In this document: positions 8,815-17,449 of the stretch, in pieces
Position numbering within the stretch: the stretch's first letter is position 1
Layout: every line of letters begins with the position of its first letter
DNA from: Vicinamibacterales bacterium
GTDB taxonomy: Bacteria > Acidobacteriota > Vicinamibacteria > Vicinamibacterales > UBA2999
DNA: 64,000 nucleotides
Assembly: GCA_036802945.1 (NCBI GenBank)
Contig: DAIRVG010000013.1
Coordinates: forward strand, 634-64,633
Direction of reading: 5' to 3'
The notes under the pieces: generated by a model
The model's input: the letters and a program-made list of their open reading frames with translations, nothing else
Told to the model about the DNA's origin: nothing
The model's database searches: none
Translations under genes and position numbers: made by a program

Positions 8815-10395
8815 TTACCACTGCATGCGCCAAAATGCCAGAACGGCGGCAGATCCAGCCAGCACAGCAATGCCAGCGAAGTCCACCACCCACGCGCGGC
8901 GACGCTGCGCCTGCCGTTCCCGATCGGAGGCCATGACTGGAATGAGCGCGAGCACCGGCACCGTCAGGACACGCACCACATCCTCTTCGCGTCTGAAGCT
9001 CGTATCGCGGTATTCGAGAAAGCCGATCACGAGGAGCCCGAACACGAGCCCTCCAACAACACCCACAGACATGGTCAACAGTCGCTGACGCTCGTTGTAA
9101 GGTCTTTGCGGAAGCGACGCCGGATCCAGGACTTGAAATTGCTCTCCAATCTGCCGTCGCTCGAGATTGGCGGAGATCTGTGAGTCCTCGCGCTTCGTCA
9201 GCAAATTCGTGTAGCCCGTCTGAAGCGTGCTGTAGTCTCGCGTCAGCTCGACGAGCTCTGATTCCCGGGTTGGAACCACGTCGATCTTTGCCTGATAGCT
9301 TGCAATCGTCTGCTTCAGGCGCGCGGCCTCAGCATCGTTGGCGGTCAACTGATGATCGATGACATCCAGTTCCGCCTGGAGATCGCCAAGTCTCTTCTTT
9401 TGTGCCTGCTCCTGGGGTGAGATCGTTGGTTCGACGATGGCGGCGGCATCGCTCACTGGGGCTTCTAGTCCAAGTCGCGTCTGCAGATCCGCGACGGTGC
9501 GCTGCAGGCTCAGTACTTCAGGATGGTCCGGCGTAAAACGCAGCTTTGCCAGCTCAAGACGAGCCCGAGCGATTTCTAGCTGCTGAGCGGTGCTGATGAG
9601 TTGAGACCCGTTCGCCGGCGGGCTGTCGAGGCTGACCGCTGGTGTGAGTACCGCGGAAGGCGCCTGCGCGTCGGCGATCTGTCGTTCAATCAACAACCGC
9701 CGCTCGTGGGCGCGATTCATTGACTCGTTGATGGACTGTAGCTGCACTTGTGCGTTTTGAATGGCCTGGAGATTTCCCGGGAGCTGCGATGGGAGCTGCC
9801 CTGCGAAGCGCCGTCGGTACTCCTCAAGCTTCTTCTCGTGCTCAACGAGGCGCTGCTTCGCGTCCTGGAGCTGTGTCTCCAGAAACTGATTGGTGTTGTC
9901 GGCCTGGCTTTCCCGATCGCGCAAATTCTGCTCGATGTAAAGCGAAGCCAAACGTTCGGTGACCTTGCGGGCCGTTTCAGGATCATCGCTGACGAAGGTG
10001 ACGCGAAATGAATTCAGACTCGGGGCGTCCAGGCTGACCGTGATGTCGCCGCGCATGCGTTGGACGACATCTTCCATGACCTGGCGCTTCCGCTCTTCTA
10101 TGTAGAGGTTCAGGTCCGCAATAATTTTCTCCAGCCGCGAGCGGCTAAGAATCTGATCGCTAATCGACGGAAGCCGATCCTCTACCGTCTGGGTGATCGT
10201 CGATTTCACATAGCTGTCGGGAACCCGTTGAGGCACCACCAGGATCAGCGTCTCGGACTGGTAGCGCTCTGGCACCAGACGCGCGATAGTAGGCGCCATC
10301 GCGAGACCTAATGCCAATGGCAGGAGAATCAGCCACCTCCGGCGCACGAGAATCCGAACGATTTCCCCCGGCGGATACCTTTTTCCTCTCACCAC
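8815..10395 (-). CDS. Polysaccharide chain-length determinant (Wzz/GumC-like, EpsF type); membrane partner of the split tyrosine kinase
   Basis: 526 aa. It has an N-terminal TM segment (RRRWLILLPLALGLAMAP), a long coiled-coil periplasmic region and a C-terminal TM segment (LLTMSVGVVGGLVFGLLVIGFL). It lies between the exporter/barrel genes and the ATPase/kinase genes. Confidence 0.9.
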   Translation of the reverse strand: MVRGKRYPPGEIVRILVRRRWLILLPLALGLAMAPTIARLVPERYQSETLILVVPQRVPDSYVKSTITQTVEDRLPSISDQILSRSRLEKIIADLNLYIEERKRQVMEDVVQRMRGDITVSLDAPSLNSFRVTFVSDDPETARKVTERLASLYIEQNLRDRESQADNTNQFLETQLQDAKQRLVEHEKKLEEYRRRFAGQLPSQLPGNLQAIQNAQVQLQSINESMNRAHERRLLIERQIADAQAPSAVLTPAVSLDSPPANGSQLISTAQQLEIARARLELAKLRFTPDHPEVLSLQRTVADLQTRLGLEAPVSDAAAIVEPTISPQEQAQKKRLGDLQAELDVIDHQLTANDAEAARLKQTIASYQAKIDVVPTRESELVELTRDYSTLQTGYTNLLTKREDSQISANLERRQIGEQFQVLDPASLPQRPYNERQRLLTMSVGVVGGLVFGLLVIGFLEYRDTSFRREEDVVRVLTVPVLALIPVMASDRERQAQRRRAWVVDFAGIAVLAGSAAVLAFWRMQW

Positions 10396-10416
10396 GTCGG
10401 CACCTTTCTATTGCTA

Positions 10417-11766
10417 TTACCTTCCCAGCGCTGGAACCCACAGTACCAGACCGACGCGCACTCCGTTCCGCGCCAGGCTAATAGGGACCCCCGGTGCGAT
10501 CTGCATGCTTCTCCGAAAATCGTAGAAGTAGTACAGATACTCGGCGAACACACCCAAGCTTGGTGTCCACGCATAACGGAGTCTCACGTCGCTTGTGTAG
10601 GTTTCAAAGTTCCGAGCATCGCGGCGAAGAGCCGAATTACCCGTCGAATAACGAACCGATGTTGATACGTTGAGGCGATAGGTGATGAATCCTTCGAGGC
10701 TCGCCGACGCCCCGTCAGTGAAAACAGGTTCGCCGAGCACCCCGACATACTCGAGATCGCGGCTGTACTTCGCGCGTGCCTGCCAGGTCCGTCGAAACAG
10801 GTAGCTGCCCTCGAGGTCACCCAGCAGTCGATACCGCCGCCCTGCGACGACTGCGAAGTCTGCAGATTGCGGTGTCTCGAGCGTCGAAGTGGCTACGTTT
10901 AGACGGAACATCGCGCGACGTGTGACGGAAATTGCTGGCGCGAAATTGAGGCCAACGTGGACTTCATGCTCCGTTGTTGAACGACCGACATGACCAAATT
11001 CACCAATGCCATAGCGATACCCGCCGGAGATCCCGCCGGTACGAGCCAGACCATGCGCGAATTCAGCTCCGACGTTATAAGTGGCGAGATCAAGCCGTCC
11101 CACCTCCTGACGCCAGTCGGTACGGTTGAAGTCGCCGGTTGCGGTCACGCTGCTTCCGCGACTGGAACCGCGCGTGAGCCTCAATGTGGTGCCGTAGGCA
11201 AACGATTCGAATCGATCGACAAGGTAGTCGGGCGCAATGGTTATGGCATCGCCGGGGCTTGGTACCGTGACGGTTGGGAACAAGTGGTAGAAGTACGATG
11301 GTGAGTAGGCGGCCGTCTGATTGACAAAGACCGTGGCCTGTCCGGGCAACCGGGCTGAGAGGCCAATACCGGCGTTGTGACTGACGGCGTCGATTTCGTT
11401 GAAGCGCGGTTCGTACCGGAGCGCAGATCCCACGGTCGCGCCAAAGTCTACGCGAGGGCGCTGCCTGGCGTAATCCGCTGCCGCAATCAACATCGTGAAA
11501 TACCCACCCAGCTGGGGACTATTCTGATCGAGTCTCGAGCCAAGGTCAGCAGGCACGTCGCTATCGTGCGCTTCAATCAGAGAAAAGGTGAAATCCAGCC
11601 CTTGAGGTGCGCCGGAGCTCGACGCGCTGGCGCCGAAGAGTCCACGGTGCGAACCCGTTCCCTGCCCCTGGGCAGGCGTTGCCCCCCCAACCACGGTGGC
11701 TGCGATTGTGGCGGCGAGCAGTAGGTGCGAGCTAAGGCTCAATCTAACGCACCAGGATGGTGTCAC
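10417..11766 (-). CDS. Putative outer-membrane beta-barrel protein of the EPS export operon
   Basis: Signal peptide (LLLAATIAATVVGGATPAQG). The rest is a Gly/Tyr/Arg-rich alternating pattern typical of beta-barrels (RLRYAWTPSLGVFAEYLYYFYDF). An alternative TTG start at 11742 avoids overlap with the upstream stop. Confidence 0.7.
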   Translation of the reverse strand: MTPSWCVRLSLSSHLLLAATIAATVVGGATPAQGQGTGSHRGLFGASASSSGAPQGLDFTFSLIEAHDSDVPADLGSRLDQNSPQLGGYFTMLIAAADYARQRPRVDFGATVGSALRYEPRFNEIDAVSHNAGIGLSARLPGQATVFVNQTAAYSPSYFYHLFPTVTVPSPGDAITIAPDYLVDRFESFAYGTTLRLTRGSSRGSSVTATGDFNRTDWRQEVGRLDLATYNVGAEFAHGLARTGGISGGYRYGIGEFGHVGRSTTEHEVHVGLNFAPAISVTRRAMFRLNVATSTLETPQSADFAVVAGRRYRLLGDLEGSYLFRRTWQARAKYSRDLEYVGVLGEPVFTDGASASLEGFITYRLNVSTSVRYSTGNSALRRDARNFETYTSDVRLRYAWTPSLGVFAEYLYYFYDFRRSMQIAPGVPISLARNGVRVGLVLWVPALGR

Positions 11767-12370
11767 CGGGTTGCAACACTATGTTTTGTTCGACTTTCTT
11801 CCCTTTGACGACCTCCTTGTAGTTGAACTTAAGCCGTTGCTCACGGCCGTTCTCGGACCGGACGATAACGACGTTGCTCCGGTTGGCGTGTTCCAGGAAC
11901 CCGCCAGCTTCCGAGAGAATCTGTAGCACGTTCATCTCACTGGTGAGGAGTACGGGGCCAGGCCTCCCGACCTCGCCAATCACATACACCTTGCGACTCC
12001 GGACCTCTTTGACGATCACCGACGCATCGGCGTCGACGATGTACTTCCGGGCAACTCCCTTCACTACACCGCTCAATTGTTCGGGAGTCAGTCCAGCAGC
12101 CTGAATATCGTTCAACATCGGGAGGGAAATCTTCCCGTCGGGCCGAACGACAACATCCGCGGACAAATCCTTGTCGCGCCAGAACACGACGTTCAGAATG
12201 TCATCCGTGCCGATCACATACCCGGGCGGCAGGACGGCGGCACCGGCTGTCGCCACGACAACTCCATTTGCCGGTTGCTGGGGTCTGGCACCCTGCTGGC
12301 CCCCCACCCGGGCGGTCAGCGCAGCACAAATGAGCAAGACAGACCCAGTACGGGCCATCAGGTGTTTCAT
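11744..12370 (-). CDS. Polysaccharide export protein (Wza/Poly_export + SLBB type)
   Basis: Signal peptide, then YVIGTDDILNVVFW..DLSADVVVRPDGKISLPMLNDIQAAGLTPEQL..VYVIGEV..PG. This is the classic Poly_export motif set. Confidence 0.9.
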   Translation of the reverse strand: MKHLMARTGSVLLICAALTARVGGQQGARPQQPANGVVVATAGAAVLPPGYVIGTDDILNVVFWRDKDLSADVVVRPDGKISLPMLNDIQAAGLTPEQLSGVVKGVARKYIVDADASVIVKEVRSRKVYVIGEVGRPGPVLLTSEMNVLQILSEAGGFLEHANRSNVVIVRSENGREQRLKFNYKEVVKGKKVEQNIVLQPGDTILVR

Positions 12371-12430
12371 GATTGCCGCCGAAATCCCTAGAAAGTTCGG
12401 AAATCTCTTGGAGAGTACGAGCCGCCGCGG

Positions 12431-12446
12431 TGCAAGGAGGTCGCCA
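12431..12446 (-). promoter_or_regulatory. Candidate sigma-54 promoter of the export operon (Wza-like gene onward)
   Basis: The minus strand reads TGGCGACCTCCTTGCA. It has TGGC at -24, a perfect TTGCA at -12, and GG-N10-GC spacing. The GC lies 62 nt upstream of the ATG at 12370. Confidence 0.55.
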
Positions 12447-12646
12447 GAGCTGGCGTCCTCGGCAGCGGGAAGCCGCCAGTGCTTGGGATCAAACGCGTTG
12501 CGACGTCTATTTCCCCAAAGGCTCGTCTAGCATCGGACACAGGTTGCCCTCAGCGCCAACCTGAGGCCCCAAGGTGCACCCCAAAAAGTCTCGCTGGGCG
12601 GAGCCAAAATTCCCACGTCCCGGCGGAAATAGACGATTCTGCCCCG

Positions 12647-13780
12647 CTAGCCGACTATCGCCTTAGGCGCGAAGACCTGTTCGACAATTTCCACGATGCG
12701 AGTGGCCGCGGCGCCGTCCCAGAGGGGCGGGCTGACCGCTGCGGGCATCGGCCGCAGCAGTGCTCGGCGAACTTCCTCGCGGATCGCTTGCGGCCGTGTG
12801 CCGATAACCCGATTTGTTCCCTGTGTAACCGTGATAGGCCGCTCCGTATTCTCGCGGAGCGTCAGACAGGGAACTCCGAGGCACGTCGTCTCCTCCTGAA
12901 TCCCTCCGGAATCGGTTAACACGAGCCGTGCCTTCATTGTGAGACTGAGGAACTCGAGGTACGGCAGTGGATCGCAGAGGTGCAGCCGCTCCGGGACGTG
13001 GACGGCGAGCTTGTCCAGGCGCACGCGCGTGCGTGGATGAACCGGAAAGATCACCGGCAGCAGCTCGCACGTCTCAGCGAGACTCTGCATCAGCGTTCCC
13101 AACGTCGCATCATCATCAACATTCGACGGACGGTGCAGCGTGGCCACCGCGTAACCGAGCTCGGGCACGCCAAACCGCAACCATACAGCGAGTGCGCCCG
13201 CCGCCCCCGATTGCTGCCGCAACGTATCGATCATCACGTTGCCCACAAGAAACACACGCGATGCGTCGACGCCTTCGGCATGGAGGTGTCTGACACCTGA
13301 TTCTTCGGTGACAAACAGAAGGTCCGAAATGGCGTCGCAGAGAATGCGATTGATTTCCTCGGGCATGGTCCTGTCGAAACTGCGGAGGCCCGCTTCCACG
13401 TGTGCGACCCTAGGACGACGGCCGTCTGGGTAGACACTTTTGACGGTTGCAAGAGCACACGCGATCGTCGAGTTGACATCACCCACGACGACGACGAGGT
13501 CCGGCTCGAGTCGGTACAACTCCTGTTCGAAACGTTCGAGGATTCGGGCGGTCTGCGCCCCGTGACTCGCGGAGCCTACGTTCAGCGCGATATCCGGCTC
13601 TGGAAGACAGAGATCGCGGAAAAAACTTCCGGCCAGGCGATCGTCGTAGTGCTGTCCTGTGTGGACGAGTGTTACCTCGAAGAGGACCGATTTTCTGAAC
13701 GCGTGATAGAGCGGCGCGACCTTCATGAAATTCGGTCGCGCACCCCCGACCAGGAACACCGATATCTTGCCGGTTTTCAT
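12647..13780 (-). CDS. wecB: UDP-N-acetylglucosamine 2-epimerase (non-hydrolysing)
   Basis: GGARPNFMKVAPLYHAF..LVHTGQHYD..GDVNSTIACALA..VAHVEAGLRSFD..PEEINR motifs. The start is placed at the ATG at 13780 (MKTGKISVF). Confidence 0.92.
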   Translation of the reverse strand: MKTGKISVFLVGGARPNFMKVAPLYHAFRKSVLFEVTLVHTGQHYDDRLAGSFFRDLCLPEPDIALNVGSASHGAQTARILERFEQELYRLEPDLVVVVGDVNSTIACALATVKSVYPDGRRPRVAHVEAGLRSFDRTMPEEINRILCDAISDLLFVTEESGVRHLHAEGVDASRVFLVGNVMIDTLRQQSGAAGALAVWLRFGVPELGYAVATLHRPSNVDDDATLGTLMQSLAETCELLPVIFPVHPRTRVRLDKLAVHVPERLHLCDPLPYLEFLSLTMKARLVLTDSGGIQEETTCLGVPCLTLRENTERPITVTQGTNRVIGTRPQAIREEVRRALLRPMPAAVSPPLWDGAAATRIVEIVEQVFAPKAIVG

Positions 13781-14065
13781 GTTAGTAGAATGGAGAAAAC
13801 TCGCTTGCAGACTTGCGAGGGGATGCAAGGAAGTCGCCCACCAAAGGTTCGTCCTGTACTTTCAGATCTCCTACAACCGCTCAGTTACGGAATGACGCTT
13901 GCACCGTCCGCGGCCGTCCCGAAAACCAGTGCACGTGCGCATCTGGACGACCTCGTCGACCAGTGAGGCGCGCTTCGCTCTATTTTTTTCGTTCTTATGT
14001 GTAAGTGAAGGGGCGGTAGCTTGCCTTCTCGACGAAAAGCCAACACCCACGAGAGCTCGAACGCA

Positions 14066-14107
14066 CCTGCACGAAATCTTCATGAGCCTGCACGAAATCT
14101 TCATGAG
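14066..14107. repeat. Perfect 21-bp tandem direct repeat (2 copies) in the divergent wecB / assembly-operon intergenic region
   Basis: CCTGCACGAAATCTTCATGAG occurs at 14066..14086 and again at 14087..14107, with no mismatch. Confidence 0.95.
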
Positions 14108-14252
14108 GGCCGACTTTTGGCGCCGCCGGAGGGTATCTCACACACTTTCCTTTCACGAGCTCCGCAACACGATCTGCGGAGCGTTGCCATTAACTATTAA
14201 TAAGGGTTGGGCTTCGCGAACAGCATGGCGCGCCTCGAATTAGCCCATCCAT

Positions 14253-14268
14253 GGGTAACAGTATTGCA
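14253..14268 (+). promoter_or_regulatory. Candidate sigma-54 promoter at the head of the plus-strand assembly operon
   Basis: GGGTAACAGTATTGCA has GG-N10-GC spacing and a perfect TTGCA at -12, with a weak -24 (only GG and A). The GC lies 68 nt upstream of the ATG at 14335. Confidence 0.35.
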
Positions 14269-14334
14269 ACGGCGGCCGCGCTGCGGACGTCGCTGGGCCC
14301 GATCGCTCCGCACACCGCGCTCAGAGGCAGCTCC

Positions 14335-14766
14335 ATGCCGCTCGACTCGATTCCGGCCTATTCCGGCTTTCGTGGTGGGCACGTCGGTCCGGCTTATAAC
14401 GAAGCCGCGTTCCGGCATTTCCTCGCTGTCGACCGGCGGCGTGCGGGACGTTCAGCGCGGTCTGTTCTGATGATCCTCGTCGCGGTCCAACAGAGCGCCG
14501 GCACAAGCGTGAAACTCACCGATGCCTCCGCGAGCGCGCTTTTCCGCGAATTGGCCGCGTCGGTCCGCGAGGTGGACTTCGTGGGTTGGTACCGGGAAGG
14601 TTACGTGGCTGCTGCCGTCCTCGCACAAGGCGTAAGGGCATCTGGTGAAGTGCCGAATGTGATCACGAAGCGGGTGCTCTTCGCATTGAAGAACCGGCTT
14701 TCTACCGATCTATCACGGAATTTGCGAGTCCGCGTCGTCCGACTCGGCGGCCGACTCGAAAGCTGA
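14335..14766 (+). CDS. Small cytoplasmic protein with a degenerate GGDEF-like domain that retains an RxxD motif; paralog of the N-terminal domain of the next gene
   Basis: By eye, YNEAAFRHFLAVDRRRAGRSARSVLMILVAV..LFRELAASVREVDFVGWYREGYVAAAVL aligns to GGDEF domains. REVD sits at the I-site position and REGYV replaces GGDEF. The ATG at 14335 has an AGAGG Shine-Dalgarno-like box 7 nt upstream. The ORF track gives a longer version starting at 14251. Confidence 0.6.
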   Translation: MPLDSIPAYSGFRGGHVGPAYNEAAFRHFLAVDRRRAGRSARSVLMILVAVQQSAGTSVKLTDASASALFRELAASVREVDFVGWYREGYVAAAVLAQGVRASGEVPNVITKRVLFALKNRLSTDLSRNLRVRVVRLGGRLES

Positions 14767-14773
14767 TTTTCCA

Positions 14774-15943
14774 GTGACGGTCCTTCCTCAAGGCTCGCGT
14801 TCGCCCCCCGTGACACTCGCAAGACCGCGCGTGTCGCCCAAACACGCAAAACAGGTTCGATCAAGAGCTTCTGAACGGGCCCGACGTGTCGAGTGGCGCC
14901 ATCCGATCAGCGAGGAACTGTTTCGGGACGCGCTGGTGCGGGAGCGCAAGCGGGCGGACCGATTCGAGGAAGCGTTCGCTCTGGTTCTCATCTCCCTCAC
15001 CAGCCGCGCCGCTCAACAATCGGGTTGGGCACACCTCGTCGAGGCTATGTCACAGCTGGAGCTTGACGCTGACGTGATCGGCTGGTTCCAACACGGTTCG
15101 GTTCTCGGTCTTATTCGATCGCTCACCGGCCGTGACCCGGAAGAAGCCGCAACGACCTTCGCTCGCGCGGTTCGGTACGCGCTGATGCGGCGCGTGACGC
15201 CAGATCAGGTGGATTGTTGCTCGATTCGCCTGGAGGTCTACTCCCCCAAAGGCGACTCGATCCAGCGTGCTACGTTCGACCCCGGAAATCACCGCCGGAA
15301 GCCTCGGGAGGCCGCCAGGGATATTGCGAAACGAGCGTTGGATATCGCCGGCAGCATTGCGTTTATCATCGCCTCCACGCCCGTCTTCATTTGTGTTTCA
15401 GCCCTCGTGAAACTCACATCCAAAGGGCCCGTGTTTTTTCGACAGGAGCGCGTCGGAAAGGCCGGCCGATCGTTCATGATGCTCAAGTTTCGGACCATGC
15501 ACGTGGACGCCGACCCCAAGATTCATCAGCATTACGTCGAGGATTTCATCCAGTCCAGCGACGTATCCGGGTCCGGCAAGAACGTGGTGTTCAAGATCGT
15601 GGACGACCCGCGCGTGACGCCTCTCGGATATTTCCTCCGCAGATGGAGTCTGGACGAGGTTCCTCAATTCTGGAACGTGCTTCGGGGAGACATGTCGCTG
15701 GTTGGTCCAAGGCCCTCGCTTCATTACGAGGTGGCGCGCTACAAACAGTGGCACAGGCGTCGCGTGCTGGACGTCAAACCAGGAATAACAGGTCTTTGGC
15801 AGGTCAATGGCCGAAGCCGCACGAGCTTCTCACAGATGGTCCGGCTGGATATTCAGTACGCAAAGAGCTGCTCCCTGTGGCTCGACCTGAAAATACTCCT
15901 CGCCACCCCACGGGCGGTGCTTTCAGGCGACGGCGCTCATTAG
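14774..15943 (+). CDS. Polyprenyl-phosphate sugar-1-phosphate transferase (small Bac_transf priming enzyme) with an N-terminal degenerate GGDEF-like domain
   Basis: The C-terminal half carries KRALDIAGS..TSKGPVFFRQERVGK.G..F.MLKFRTM..DPRVTPLG.FLRR.SLDE.PQFWNVLRGDMSLVGPRP. The N-terminal ~170 aa parallel the preceding ORF. The GTG start is uncertain. Confidence 0.9.
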   Translation: MTVLPQGSRSPPVTLARPRVSPKHAKQVRSRASERARRVEWRHPISEELFRDALVRERKRADRFEEAFALVLISLTSRAAQQSGWAHLVEAMSQLELDADVIGWFQHGSVLGLIRSLTGRDPEEAATTFARAVRYALMRRVTPDQVDCCSIRLEVYSPKGDSIQRATFDPGNHRRKPREAARDIAKRALDIAGSIAFIIASTPVFICVSALVKLTSKGPVFFRQERVGKAGRSFMMLKFRTMHVDADPKIHQHYVEDFIQSSDVSGSGKNVVFKIVDDPRVTPLGYFLRRWSLDEVPQFWNVLRGDMSLVGPRPSLHYEVARYKQWHRRRVLDVKPGITGLWQVNGRSRTSFSQMVRLDIQYAKSCSLWLDLKILLATPRAVLSGDGAH

Positions 15944-16045
15944 AGCAACGAAACTCGCACAGGTCGCCACAACGTCGGGCGACCCAACGACCCACTGCGG
16001 ATCCGTAGCCCGATTGGAATACAGCACTGCTCATCCTTCAATAGA

Positions 16046-17446
16046 TTGGGTATTGGTTTCAGTCGATCGTCGATGAGCGCATTCCACGACTACTATCGCT
16101 GTGCCTCCGAGCTGGCCTTGATCGAGACGCGGTCTGATCTTGGTCCTCGAGCCGGATATTTCCGATTTGGCGATGCGGTGGCGTTCGGGCGCTGCGTCGG
16201 TATTCGGCCAGCAGCATACGCCACCGATCCGCTCACGGATGTTTCTGACGCCGTGCGGGTCACCGAAGGACGGCCCTGTCTGCCATTCGATCTCTCGGAA
16301 GTTGCGACGAACATGAGGGAGGAACGATATCGGCAGAACGGCTATACGCTCCTGCAAAAGACCACAGCCGGAGCAGCCGCAGAACATCTCTACTACCTCT
16401 TTCGCCCGTTCATGGGAGTCGGAGTACGCAAGCACCTGCAGAAGGTTCGCCTGAGCGGCTGGGACAAGATTCCGTTTCCCCGGTGGCCGGTAGACACGAC
16501 CGTCGACATGTTGATGGAGACTGCGATGACGCTCGCGCTGAAGACGCAGGGCGACGCATCCCGAATTCCATTCATCTGGTTCTGGCCCGACGAAGCGCCA
16601 GCCTGCGCGATGATGACGCACGACATCGAGGGCCAGGCCGGCATCAACTTCTGCGACGGGCTGATGGAGATCGACGATTCCCACTCAATCAAGTCGGCGT
16701 TTCAGCTTATTCCCGAGGGGCGTGAAGAGGTGTGGCGTCGCACAGCCGCGCGGCTGCGTCAGCGTGGGTTCGAAGTCAATCTGCACGACCTCAACCACGA
16801 CGGGAAGTTGTTTGCCGACAAGAAAGAATTCCTTCGCCGGGCCAAGCGGATCAACGAATACGCGCGTGAATTTGGGTGCGACGGTTTTCGCTCCGGAGCG
16901 ATGTACCGCGAGCAGGATTGGTTCGGGGCCTTCGAGTTCTCGTATGACATGTCGGTACCAAATGTGGCGCACCTCGAACCGCAGCGCGGCGGCTGTTGCA
17001 CGGTGATGCCGTATTTCGTTGGCAACATCCTCGAACTCCCGTTGACGACAGTTCAGGACTACACGCTGTTTTTCATCCTGAACGACTATTCAACGACTCT
17101 TTGGAAAAAACAGATCCGCCTGATCGGCGAGCATCATGGGTTGGTCAGCATCATCACTCATCCGGATTACCTGGTCGGTCGGCGTGAGCGCGAAGTGTAC
17201 GTCGACCTGCTTCGCCATCTGGCCGACCTTCGCGATCGAGACGGCCTATGGATCGCGCTTCCGGGCGACATTAACCGGTGGTGGCGGAACCGGCGCGACA
17301 TGACGCTCGTTCCCACTGGTGATGGATGGCGGATCGAAGGTCCAGACAGCCATCGCGCCCGAGTGGCGTACGCCACACTTGAAAACGATCGCCTGGTCTT
17401 CAAGCTCGAGAGCGTTCCTCGAAAGGACCTCGCGGCGCGCGCGTAA
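16046..17446 (+). CDS. Conserved hypothetical protein, divergent polysaccharide-deacetylase-like (beta/alpha-barrel) candidate
   Basis: 466-aa ORF. AMMTHDIEG (a TxDxE-type strand) and NLHDLNHD (HxxxH) resemble the metal-site motifs of the deacetylase superfamily. The functional call is low confidence. Confidence 0.65.
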   Translation: MGIGFSRSSMSAFHDYYRCASELALIETRSDLGPRAGYFRFGDAVAFGRCVGIRPAAYATDPLTDVSDAVRVTEGRPCLPFDLSEVATNMREERYRQNGYTLLQKTTAGAAAEHLYYLFRPFMGVGVRKHLQKVRLSGWDKIPFPRWPVDTTVDMLMETAMTLALKTQGDASRIPFIWFWPDEAPACAMMTHDIEGQAGINFCDGLMEIDDSHSIKSAFQLIPEGREEVWRRTAARLRQRGFEVNLHDLNHDGKLFADKKEFLRRAKRINEYAREFGCDGFRSGAMYREQDWFGAFEFSYDMSVPNVAHLEPQRGGCCTVMPYFVGNILELPLTTVQDYTLFFILNDYSTTLWKKQIRLIGEHHGLVSIITHPDYLVGRREREVYVDLLRHLADLRDRDGLWIALPGDINRWWRNRRDMTLVPTGDGWRIEGPDSHRARVAYATLENDRLVFKLESVPRKDLAARA

Positions 17447-17449
17447 ACG

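Noticed and set aside
14066-14107. Tandem 21-mers as a CRISPR array
   Set aside because: There are only two copies, directly abutting with no spacers, and no cas genes in the window.
13899-14243. 114-aa plus-strand ORF (and 77-aa minus-strand ORF 13871..14104) in the wecB upstream gap
   Set aside because: Both merely read through the 21-bp repeat (LHEIFMSLHEIFM / MKISCRLMKISCR). They have no ribosome site or recognisable fold, so I treat the region as non-coding regulatory DNA.
16015-16031. TGGAATACAGCACTGCT upstream of 16046
   Set aside because: The GG-N11-GC spacing is one base too long for sigma-54.
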